Below are positions 9,658-18,475 of a stretch of 32,000 nt of DNA, one piece after another (within the stretch, counting starts at the first letter, position 1; every line of letters starts with the position of its first letter). The DNA lies in NCBI GenBank assembly GCA_004212075.1, contig RXIF01000003.1, positions 16,073 to 48,072 of the forward strand, read 5' to 3'. The notes below the pieces were generated by a model that worked only from the letters and a program-made list of their open reading frames with translations, was not told the DNA's origin and searched no databases. This stretch comes from Candidatus Methanoliparum thermophilum (GTDB taxonomy: Archaea; Halobacteriota; Methanoliparia; Methanoliparales; Methanoliparaceae). The position numbers were made by a program, and so were the translations under genes.

Positions 9658-10494
9658 TTACCATAATTCTACCATAGCATTCGAGAGAACAACGACGCCG
9701 TCTTGATTTTTGGTCTGAATTATATACTCTTTATCACTTACCTTCCAGCCTTCAGTTACGATCGTATCGCCAGGATAAACTACATTCGAGAACCTCACTT
9801 CAAACGACTTAAATCTATTAGGATCGTTATCACAAAGGTGTTTAAGAACAGCTCTTCCTGCAAAGCCATATGTACATAATCCATGTAATATCGGCCTATC
9901 GTATCCAGCTGCCTTTGCAAACTCCGGATCTATATGTAATGGATTAAGATCTCCAGATAGACGATATATCAAATTCTGATTCGGTGGTATATGCATCTCT
10001 TCTCTGAAATCAGGCTCAACTCCTTCTGGTGGAATATTACCAGCTTTTGGTGGTTTTTTACCGCCAAATCCCCCATCACCTCGAACTAAGATGGAGAATG
10101 TGTTTGTAAAGATAAGATCGCCATTACTATCTCTTGTCTCTGCATCAGCATATGTTATAGAGTGTCTTCCTGTATCGTATATATTAGAGATCTTAGCAAT
10201 CGTAGTAAGTCTACCTTCCGTTGGGATCTCCTTGTGAAGCACGATCTTCTGTCCTGCATGAAGAAGCATAACAAGATTCAAGTCTGCCTCGCCAAAACAC
10301 CATGCCATTGCAGGAAATGGCGGTATCACTGCGAATGTCGGATAAACCTTTAGATCTGTCTCATAGACAAAATTTAGATCTTCGTTGCCAGCACCGATTC
10401 CGAGAGCGTAGAGAACCACATCCTTCCATGTATATTCATACTCGATAGGTTCGGACTCTCTTCCAAGAGCATCTAAATTTACCATTTTTATCAC
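9658..10494 (-). CDS. MaoC-like double-hotdog (R)-specific enoyl-CoA hydratase (hydratase 2)
   Basis: 278 aa. YRLSGDLNPLHIDPEFA hydratase-2 motif. Length fits an N- plus C-hotdog pair as in the MFE-2 hydratase domain. Confidence 0.85.
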   Translation of the reverse strand: MIKMVNLDALGRESEPIEYEYTWKDVVLYALGIGAGNEDLNFVYETDLKVYPTFAVIPPFPAMAWCFGEADLNLVMLLHAGQKIVLHKEIPTEGRLTTIAKISNIYDTGRHSITYADAETRDSNGDLIFTNTFSILVRGDGGFGGKKPPKAGNIPPEGVEPDFREEMHIPPNQNLIYRLSGDLNPLHIDPEFAKAAGYDRPILHGLCTYGFAGRAVLKHLCDNDPNRFKSFEVRFSNVVYPGDTIVTEGWKVSDKEYIIQTKNQDGVVVLSNAMVELW

Positions 10495-10535
10495 ACTATC
10501 TTCTTTTATATCTAAATACTTATTCTTTTGAGATC

Positions 10536-11471
10536 TTACATTAAGAACATTGCCATCTTCGTTCCAAGATCCTCTGGCTCTACTCCTTCCATAAGTTCTT
10601 TCATTCTGGATAGCATATCTTTAACGTTCCAATTTGTATCTTCTTTCCTTATAGTCTTTATTGGATGCCATCCTTCCAACAGATCTATCCTTCCTCCCAT
10701 CACATGAAAGACTCGGCCTGTTATATCCTTTGCCTCATCACTTGCCAGATAAACAACCAAGGCAGCTACGTTCTCAGGACCGAATATATCCAGTTTTCCC
10801 TCCTCCGGTTTTTCTGCCATCATTGCACCTATAACCCCGGGTGTCTCCACTGTAAGCCTTGTTCTTGCCTGAGGAACGATACAATTTACTCTTACTCCAT
10901 ATCTTCCAAGTTCCGCCGCGGCTATTATAGAGAAAGCAGCAATACCAGCTTTTGCAGACCCATAGTTTGTCTGTCCTGGATTTCCTATTAATCCTGCATC
11001 AGATGCAGTATTGATCACGCTTGCAGATACCTGTCTTCCTGCTTTGGATTCTTCTCTCCAATAAGCTGCAGCATGTCTAGTACAATTGAACGTCCCTTTT
11101 AAATGGACTGCTATAACAGCATCCCATTCTTCCTCGCTCATATTAACCAGCATTCTATCTCTTAATATTCCTGCATTATTGACAAGAATATCCAATCTAC
11201 CGAATGTAGCAATAGTGTTATCGATCATCTTTTTAACAGCGTTATAATCTGCCACGTTTGTATAATCTGGTACGGCATCACTACCGATCTTTTTTATCTC
11301 ATTTACAACTTCTTCTGCAGGCGTTTTATCTTCCGTCATCTTATCTCTCGCCGTGCCAACATCGTTAATTACTATCTTTGCCCCCTCTTTCGCCAAAGCC
11401 AGTGCGTGTTCTCTTCCAATACCTCTTCCTGCACCTGTCACAATGGCAACCTTTCCATCTAATAAACCCAT
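10536..11471 (-). CDS. SDR-family (3R)-hydroxyacyl-CoA dehydrogenase-like oxidoreductase (MFE-2 N-terminal-domain type)
   Basis: 311 aa. TGAGRGIG Rossmann motif, NNAG and YGSAK catalytic Y/K. GGAGG SD. Confidence 0.85.
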   Translation of the reverse strand: MGLLDGKVAIVTGAGRGIGREHALALAKEGAKIVINDVGTARDKMTEDKTPAEEVVNEIKKIGSDAVPDYTNVADYNAVKKMIDNTIATFGRLDILVNNAGILRDRMLVNMSEEEWDAVIAVHLKGTFNCTRHAAAYWREESKAGRQVSASVINTASDAGLIGNPGQTNYGSAKAGIAAFSIIAAAELGRYGVRVNCIVPQARTRLTVETPGVIGAMMAEKPEEGKLDIFGPENVAALVVYLASDEAKDITGRVFHVMGGRIDLLEGWHPIKTIRKEDTNWNVKDMLSRMKELMEGVEPEDLGTKMAMFLM

Positions 11472-11505
11472 TATCTATCCTCCTTTATTTTTTATTTATA
11501 TGTTA

Positions 11506-11547
11506 TATAAAAATTTCGTTATTTTATATAAAGATTTCGTTATTTAT
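11506..11547. repeat. tandem 21-bp duplication in the SDR promoter region
   Basis: atataaaaatttcgttatttt / atataaagatttcgttattta. Each copy carries a TATA-like tttatat on the minus strand. It lies 35-76 nt upstream of the SDR ATG. Confidence 0.7.
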
Positions 11548-11806
11548 AATAATAAAATCTTTATATTTTAATGAATATAGACGCAAATCTTCTATTTTTG
11601 AGCACAGCGAGCAAGCTAAGGATAAATGCTGTATTGAATATTCATGGAAAACCTAAAGAAACATGCTTAGAGAAGCATTTTATATACCTTTGATTATAAA
11701 AAGGAGAAAAATAACGATCTTTAAAATTGATTATTAAAATACAGCATCAAATCTCAAATTTAAAATATAAAAAAGGAAATAATACTATAATAGATATTGA
11801 TGTATA

Positions 11807-12094
11807 TTAGAGAATTCCTTTCGATGGTGCTAGATTATTGAATGCAAGGATTACTATATGGAGTATATCATCCATTACCTTATCATAATCTGGGGAATCC
11901 AGCCATTCAAGCAGATATCCTACTGTTTCCGGTGATAAGATTGCTTCTATGAATGGAACGAGCAATTCGAGTACTGGTTCTAGTGCTTTTTGTGTCAGAC
12001 TTGTCTTATATATAGCACCCACGAGATCCATCAATTGCTGACTATTCAAAAAAGGAACGACCAACTCATCCCTTAACAAATTCTCATCTCTCAT
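11807..12094 (-). CDS. small helical protein of unknown function
   Basis: 95 aa with a GAGGTG SD. It starts 10 nt after the ALDH stop. Leu/Ile/Asp-rich with no recognised family. Confidence 0.5.
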   Translation of the reverse strand: MRDENLLRDELVVPFLNSQQLMDLVGAIYKTSLTQKALEPVLELLVPFIEAILSPETVGYLLEWLDSPDYDKVMDDILHIVILAFNNLAPSKGIL

Positions 12095-12104
12095 TTAGAT
12101 CACC

Positions 12105-13614
12105 TCAATGCAGTAACATCGCCTTCATAAGCCATTTTGTCAGACCGTGCCAATCGGCATATATGCTCTTTATCTGCGTGAACTCTTTAATGCCTTCCTC
12201 AGATGCCAATCTTCCCCATCCACTCTGCTTATATCCTCCAAAAGGCATATCAGAAGATGTCATGTGCCACGTATTCACGAATATGTTACCTGCCTTTATT
12301 CTTCTGGCGACTCTTATCGCTCTCTCTTTATCTTTAGTCATTACTCCACCAGCAAGACCGTATATCGTATCGTTCGCAATCTTTATCGCCTCTTCTTCGG
12401 TCGAGAAAGGTATTATCGATATGACAGGACCAAATATCTCTTCTCTTGCAATCTTCATATCGTTCCTAACGTCGCTGAATACCGTCGGGGCAATAAAGAA
12501 TCCGTCTTTCAATTCTTCCTCTTTTAACCTATAACCACCACACAATAAGGTCGCACCTTCTTCTTTACCTGATTCTATGTATCCAAGAACCTTATTCATC
12601 TGTTCTTCCGTAACGAGTGGTCCTATGTTCGTCTTTAAGGAGAGGGCATTACCGACGTTCAAAGACCCATATATCTCTGCAGTCTTCTTTGCAACCTCTT
12701 TGTATATTTTATCCTGTACAAGGACTCTAGTTCCTGCAAAACATTCTTCACCGTTTGCAAGAGATACGCCCATCGCTGCCATTCTTGCCGCCTCTTCAAC
12801 CGGAAAGTCGTCGAAGATTATATTTGGAGACTTTCCTCCAAGCTCCAACGTCACCTTCTTAAGATTACCGATCGCGTTTTTTACGATATCCTTTCCAGTT
12901 GTTGTCTCACCAGTGAATGCTATATGATCTACCTTCTCGCTCTTAGCCATTTCAGCTCCTACTACAGATCCCGGACCTGTAACCACGTTCGAATACACCT
13001 TTCGGCAGACCCGCCCTCTCGAACATTCTTGCGATCTCTATGGCAGATAAAGGAGTCTGGCTTGCTGGTTTGAAGACAACAGTGTTTCCGCTTATCAATG
13101 CCGCCGGCAATTTCAGTGCCATCTGCCAAAATGGAACGTTCCAAGGTGTTATTAGAGCTACAACTCCATCTTGTTCCCTCAAAACTATCTGATCGATCGG
13201 AAATTCGCCATATATTCTATTCGGCTTAGCTAGATCTTCTGCCCTTGTGCAGACGTACTTGAAATTTGGACTCATATCCAAAATCGTTACGATGTGTTGC
13301 AATACAGGAACTCCGTTGCAACAAGCATCCATTTTGGAAAGATCCCAAGTCTTCTTTGCTACCATATCAGATACCTTATAGAGAATCTCACTCCTTTCCT
13401 TAATCGACATGTTTGGCCATGGTCCGTTGTCGAAAGCATCCCTTGCTGCGTCTATCGCTCTTTTTGTATCCTCAACATCACATTTCTGGCACTCTACGAA
13501 CGTTTTTCCGGTAGACGGGTTTATTATGCTATAAGTATCTCCTTTAGAAGCAGTCGTCCATTCCCCATCGATGAATACCTTTTGTTCCTCTAATCTTTCT
13601 TTATATTTTACCAT
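12105..13614 (-). pseudogene. NAD(P)-dependent aldehyde dehydrogenase interrupted by a single-base frameshift
   Basis: Two overlapping ORFs, 13614-12952 and 12998-12105, together make one full-length ALDH. The N-terminal part ends ...AGLPKGVF, then an out-of-frame tail. The C-terminal frame resumes NVVTGPGSVVG. ELGGKSP and the catalytic Cys context (GEECFAGTR) are intact. The shift maps to about 12987-12996 (GTATTCGAAC on the coding strand). Confidence 0.85.
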
Positions 13615-13666
13615 CTTATTACCTCATGTTTTTACTTCTCTTTTACTTTCAAGATTAAAATTTGCA

Positions 13667-13861
13667 TTACAGATTTACCCCCATCAATCCACCCAAAGAG
13701 TTCACAACCCTTCTTGTCAAACTGATCGGGCAGAGTCCAGCCTCCACCAAGGATTTCAGCAGATCTTTAAGCATAGGCGGAAGCAAATCTATCAACATGT
13801 CTCTTATCCTCTCTGCGATCTCTAAAATCTTGTCCAATACTGATATAAGACTTTTTGACAT
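13667..13861 (-). CDS. small amphipathic helical protein of unknown function
   Basis: 64 aa with a GGAGGTG SD 5 nt upstream of the ATG. Sequence SLISVLDKILEIAERIRDMLIDLLPPMLKDLLKSLVEAGL. Confidence 0.55.
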   Translation of the reverse strand: MSKSLISVLDKILEIAERIRDMLIDLLPPMLKDLLKSLVEAGLCPISLTRRVVNSLGGLMGVNL

Positions 13862-13876
13862 CTTATCACCTCCTAT

Positions 13877-14590
13877 TTAAGTGGGAGTGCCGAATAAAGA
13901 ATCAAACATCTTGGTTAGAGCCTCAAGTAAAGGACTGAATCCTTTGTCCTTTGGAAGAACTGACTCTATAAGACCGGATAGTAGATCACCTATCTTCACA
14001 CTCTCAAGCAATCCTTTTATTAATTTTAAGAGATTATTAAATAATAAACCTATCATTTTCGGATTAACCAGAGCAGGAATTCCAATTTTTATAATATCTC
14101 CGATCGTTCTTCCCAATGTTTCATCATCTATTGAAGATAGAAGATCATAAACAAAACCAGATATAATATCAGAAAGCATTTTTGTATCTTTTTCGAGAAG
14201 AGATGAAAGGAAAGTCAATATGCTATTTATACCTTCAACGATTGTGTCTATATCTATTTCCCTTATTATACTTCCTATATCTATACTTGAAAGTATCGTA
14301 GTAGGAAGACTTCTTTGTAGAGTTTTACCTAATTCATTGAGTACCTCACCGATAGTATTTACAAGCGGGATAATCGCTCCTCCTATATCCGCAAGAACCT
14401 CTATATCTCCCCATATAAGTGTTCTAATCAATTTTGATGCGGATTTTGGATCTATCTCACTTAAAATCTCTCTTAATATCTGTTTTACGAAAGGCGTAGC
14501 TATTATATCTGCTAAAATTCTGTCTACCAAATCGATAATCCCTTTCTCTCCTTTTTTTATTTCTATCTCTTTTTCATCCATTTTTATCAC
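13877..14590 (-). CDS. Ile/Leu/Asp/Ser-rich low-complexity helical protein of unknown function
   Basis: 237 aa. A GTG at 14590 abuts the ACAD stop, and the ATG at 14581 is an alternative start. No motif recognised. Composition resembles the neighbouring small proteins. Confidence 0.6.
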   Translation of the reverse strand: MIKMDEKEIEIKKGEKGIIDLVDRILADIIATPFVKQILREILSEIDPKSASKLIRTLIWGDIEVLADIGGAIIPLVNTIGEVLNELGKTLQRSLPTTILSSIDIGSIIREIDIDTIVEGINSILTFLSSLLEKDTKMLSDIISGFVYDLLSSIDDETLGRTIGDIIKIGIPALVNPKMIGLLFNNLLKLIKGLLESVKIGDLLSGLIESVLPKDKGFSPLLEALTKMFDSLFGTPT

Positions 14591-15865
14591 TTACAAAGTC
14601 TCACACTCATAGAACCATCTTGCAGTCTCCATCTCACAAATTTGTTTGCCCCCCATCCAGAGCTGTATCATTTTTACATCTCTCCATTGTTTTTCTATAT
14701 CATGATCTCTATCGTATCCGTGTATCCCTAAAATATCCATAGCTTCGCTACAAACTTCGTTACATCTCTCACATACGAAAAGTTTTGTTGCTCTTGATTT
14801 TGCACGGATCTCTGAACTAAAATAAGACCCATATTGATCAGGTCTATCGATCATTCGGGCAAATTGGCGAGCCATTAAATGGGATGCCTCTATTTTTGCT
14901 GTAATATCTGACAAGACGCCTGCAATCGCATCATTCTCTTTCAACGGTCTTCCATGATACGTCTTTTTAGAAACGTACTCTTTCAAAATCTCATAAACAT
15001 TCTTCATTGCTCCTACACAATAACTTATAGATCCAAGGACGCCTATATTATCTAAAGTAGACTTGAAGAATACCATATCCTCTCCAGGTCCACAAGCTCT
15101 ATAATAATCAGGAACTCTTACATTATCAAACCAGATATCTGTATTCAAATCAGCCGCCATACCAGCTTTATGATATGGTTCTCCCCTTTTAACCCCCGGT
15201 TTATCTGCCGGAACCATTATTACAGCTAAATCACGATCGTCCGTCGATCCTCTTTTTGTTGTACAGATAACACCATAGAGATCTGCTTCTGCAGAGTTTG
15301 TAGGCCAGAGCTTATGCCCGTTTATTACCCATTCGTTACCATCCAATTCTGCTGTCGTCTGTATGGTTCTTCCATGTTCTATCTCAGTATTTTCTATATC
15401 AGATCCTCCTTGTGGCTCGGTCATGGCCATACAAGCTATTACAGGTTTATCGCTTTTTGTATATAGATTAGAGATCTCTTCAAGCAACCTCTCGTTCCTT
15501 CTCATCGGCAAGAATGCTATCATAAAATTTGACCAACCAATTCCACAACCAAATGCGACAGCTAATCCGGTATCAGCTCTAGCTATTTCTTCCATTACCA
15601 CATAAGCCGCAGTACCTATCCAATTTGATCCGCCAACATTCCATCCTCCATACTCTGCTGGCCATAGAAACCTTTGCGCACCTATATCTACAAACAACTT
15701 CTGATAAAAGGATTCTATACGTGGGTTATGTCTCCATTCTTCGTCGAACGTTCTTCTATAAGGCATAATCTCTTTATCTACAAGGCTTCTAACTATTTTT
15801 TTCAACAATTTTTCAATAGGTGCCTCATATTCTTTAGGAACTGTAAAATCGTCTATCGTTCTCAT
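14591..15865 (-). CDS. acyl-CoA dehydrogenase-fold protein (atypical)
   Basis: 424 aa. ACAD signature-1-like AMTEPQGGSD and C-terminal EKQWRDVKMIQLWMGG. Met occupies the MCAD-type catalytic Glu position. Confidence 0.8.
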   Translation of the reverse strand: MRTIDDFTVPKEYEAPIEKLLKKIVRSLVDKEIMPYRRTFDEEWRHNPRIESFYQKLFVDIGAQRFLWPAEYGGWNVGGSNWIGTAAYVVMEEIARADTGLAVAFGCGIGWSNFMIAFLPMRRNERLLEEISNLYTKSDKPVIACMAMTEPQGGSDIENTEIEHGRTIQTTAELDGNEWVINGHKLWPTNSAEADLYGVICTTKRGSTDDRDLAVIMVPADKPGVKRGEPYHKAGMAADLNTDIWFDNVRVPDYYRACGPGEDMVFFKSTLDNIGVLGSISYCVGAMKNVYEILKEYVSKKTYHGRPLKENDAIAGVLSDITAKIEASHLMARQFARMIDRPDQYGSYFSSEIRAKSRATKLFVCERCNEVCSEAMDILGIHGYDRDHDIEKQWRDVKMIQLWMGGKQICEMETARWFYECETL

Positions 15866-15872
15866 TTATCAC

Positions 15873-17117
15873 CTATATGTTTTTACATTCAAAAAAGTAT
15901 CTCGTAACATCCATCTTTGCGGGTATTTCTCCCCCAATCATATTTTTTATAGATTTAACATCTCTCCAATGTTTCTCAATATTTCCCTCTCTTGCATAGC
16001 CTTCCGATGCCATGGTCTCCATTGCTTTATTTATTGCTTCACATGAAGCATTCATAACCGTTAAAGATATCGACCTTGCAGTCGAAAAGACATCATCATT
16101 CCAGCTTTCTCCATAAATTTCAGGCTTAGCTAAAATTCTGGCAAGGTTATGTGTTAATAATCTGGAAGATACGATATCTTTCGACACATCAGCATAGACA
16201 GCAGCAACCAAAGGGTTCTCTTTCAAAGTTTGATCATAATGAATCACTCTATCGGTTCCCCATCTTTTAGCTGTCTCGTATACATCCATTATAGAACCAA
16301 CGCACAAAGCGCTATCACATAGTGCCTTCCATGACAATATCTCTTTGATAACTTTCATATCGGATCCTTTCCATACTACATACTTCTTCGGAAGTTTTAT
16401 CTTATCAAACGAAAGATCTGCATTCTTATCCGAATTTAAACCCGTCTTAAAAAATGTTTTGCCACGCTTGATTCCTGAAGTATTTTCTGGAACCAGTACA
16501 TAGAGTAAATCTCCATCGCCTGCTGAAGATATAACGCCAAACATATTTGCCGTACTACCAGAATTTATTGGACGTACATTCCTACCATTTAGGATAACTC
16601 CATCATCTCTCAATTCAGCAGTTACTTGTGCGGTCAAACCATAAAAATCATCATCCGTTCTTATTTCAGGATCACCAAAATCAGGCAAAATTAATGATAC
16701 CGTCTTAATATCATTTGATTTACAAAACAACGGTGCAAGCTCCGAACAAAGCTCATCATTGATATCTGGCTCCAATATTATAGGCAAAAGAGAGCAAAAA
16801 GTATTGGCAAAAATGAATCCTATCCCAGAATCTGCTCTTGATATCTCTTCTAGTACCCTGACTAACATACTCGAGACAGCAGGAGTATTCAATCCTTCTC
16901 CACCATACTTCTCGGGCCACACCATCTTCTGGAGCCCAATTTCTACGAATAGCTTCTTCATCGCAGGTCCGACGAGCTTGTCTTCATAATCTTCATCGAA
17001 CTCCTGCCTATTCGGCATTACTTCCTTATCCGCCCAATCCCTGACACTATCGGCAAGCGTCTCGTCCTCCTCGGTCACCCACTCCTTTGGATAAAGGAAA
17101 ACATCTTTTTTTACCAT
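15873..17117 (-). CDS. acyl-CoA dehydrogenase-fold paralog (degenerate)
   Basis: 414 aa and colinear with the neighbouring ACAD (EKHWRDVKSIKNMIGG). Signature 1 is degenerate (SLILPDFGDPE). Ile occupies the catalytic Glu position. Confidence 0.7.
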   Translation of the reverse strand: MVKKDVFLYPKEWVTEEDETLADSVRDWADKEVMPNRQEFDEDYEDKLVGPAMKKLFVEIGLQKMVWPEKYGGEGLNTPAVSSMLVRVLEEISRADSGIGFIFANTFCSLLPIILEPDINDELCSELAPLFCKSNDIKTVSLILPDFGDPEIRTDDDFYGLTAQVTAELRDDGVILNGRNVRPINSGSTANMFGVISSAGDGDLLYVLVPENTSGIKRGKTFFKTGLNSDKNADLSFDKIKLPKKYVVWKGSDMKVIKEILSWKALCDSALCVGSIMDVYETAKRWGTDRVIHYDQTLKENPLVAAVYADVSKDIVSSRLLTHNLARILAKPEIYGESWNDDVFSTARSISLTVMNASCEAINKAMETMASEGYAREGNIEKHWRDVKSIKNMIGGEIPAKMDVTRYFFECKNI

Positions 17118-17139
17118 CTTATTGCCTCTTTATCTTTAA

Positions 17140-17346
17140 TTACGCTGATGTGAATCTAGCAATTATATCGAAAAATGTTTTTACTATTGTCTCAAGAAAA
17201 GTGCCTTTAAACAAAGATTCCATAGAAGATCTGAAAGTACTTATTAACGCGTTAATTATCGGTTTTATCATGGACCAAACCGCTTTAAGCAGATTTATCA
17301 CTGTTTGTATGATGTTTCCTCCGGAAAAACCTTCTTCTTCACTCAT
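17140..17346 (-). CDS. small amphipathic helical protein of unknown function
   Basis: 68 aa from ATG 17346 (MSEEEGFSGGNIIQTVINLLKAVW...), preceded by GGAGGAGGAG. The ORF-track TTG start at 17364 would translate that SD. First gene of the ACAD operon. Confidence 0.55.
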   Translation of the reverse strand: MSEEEGFSGGNIIQTVINLLKAVWSMIKPIINALISTFRSSMESLFKGTFLETIVKTFFDIIARFTSA

Positions 17347-17806
17347 TTTAATCTCCTCCTCCAAAATTTATATTTTTATTTTTGACCAGTTCATTCTTAA
17401 TTTACCTATGTTTTTTAGTATATTTTCTAATATTTAAATATATTCATTAATATCTCATTTTATAATGTCAAATTAAGAATAGGAATGCTAAGCAATTCTA
17501 TAAAACAAAAGCCTACTTTATCTCCTCGACCCAGTACCTTTAACCGGATAACAGTTTAGGGCAACATTACGACCCCTCTCTTTTATCCTGCTGTCGAATC
17601 CTTCGTTGAATGCATCCTTTATGTACTCCATAATGTGCAGTAATTCACGGTTTGTATCCATTACAGAAGAACCGAGTACGTGGCATCTACGTTCAACTTC
17701 TTCTCTACCTTTATCTTCTTAAGAATGAAATCCAGCACTATACTTTTATTTTTAGCATACTCATAAAACGAAAAGATTATAGCATAGAATTTACTTTATC
17801 ATCACG

Positions 17807-18475
17807 ATGGAGAAATTAAAATTAGGAGTACTTGTTTCTGGACGAGGGACTGATCTACAATCGATATTGGATGCGTCTGAAGAAGGGAAGATAAACGCAG
17901 AGGTAAGAGTAGTTATAAGTAATAACAAAGATGCTTATGCATTAGAGAGAGCAAAAAAACATAATATCGACGGAATATATATAGAGACTAAAGGAAGAGA
18001 GAGAGAGGATTACGAGAAAGATATTGATTTAATCTTAAAAAATTATGGAGCAGATTTGGTAATAGGTGCAGGATGGATGAAAATTCTCACTCCATTCTTT
18101 GTAAGAAGATGGAGAGGAAGATTGATAAACATACATCCTTCGTTATTGCCATCTTTTCCCGGTACTTCAGGTCAAAAGGATTCGTTGGAGTATGGAGTGA
18201 AAATAACTGGATGCACTACTCATTTTATGAGTGAGACCGTGGATAGTGGGCCTATAATATTACAAGCGGCTGTATTGGTAAGAGATGATGATACGATAGA
18301 GACATTGACTCAACGAATTTTAGAAGTTGAGCATCAGATACTACCACGAACGATAGACCTCTTCGAACAGAACAGAATAGTTATCGAGGGACGAAGAGTA
18401 AAAATATTGCCTGGAGATTCATGGAGACTTAAATATCCAGTAATTGATGATGTATTATATAGCTATGGATATTAG
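17807..18475 (+). CDS. purN: phosphoribosylglycinamide formyltransferase (folate-dependent)
   Basis: 222 aa. LGVLVSGRGTDLQ, INIHPSLLP and the GCTTHF motif. Confidence 0.9.
   Translation: MEKLKLGVLVSGRGTDLQSILDASEEGKINAEVRVVISNNKDAYALERAKKHNIDGIYIETKGREREDYEKDIDLILKNYGADLVIGAGWMKILTPFFVRRWRGRLINIHPSLLPSFPGTSGQKDSLEYGVKITGCTTHFMSETVDSGPIILQAAVLVRDDDTIETLTQRILEVEHQILPRTIDLFEQNRIVIEGRRVKILPGDSWRLKYPVIDDVLYSYGY

Noticed and set aside
11627-11748. 10-bp inverted repeat (atgctgtatt ... aatacagcat) flanking about 100 bp, a possible MITE, plus the atgctt-agag-aagcat hairpin inside it
   Set aside because: The arms are short and AT-rich. No target-site duplication is visible, and I cannot check for other copies. 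This could easily be chance in this composition.
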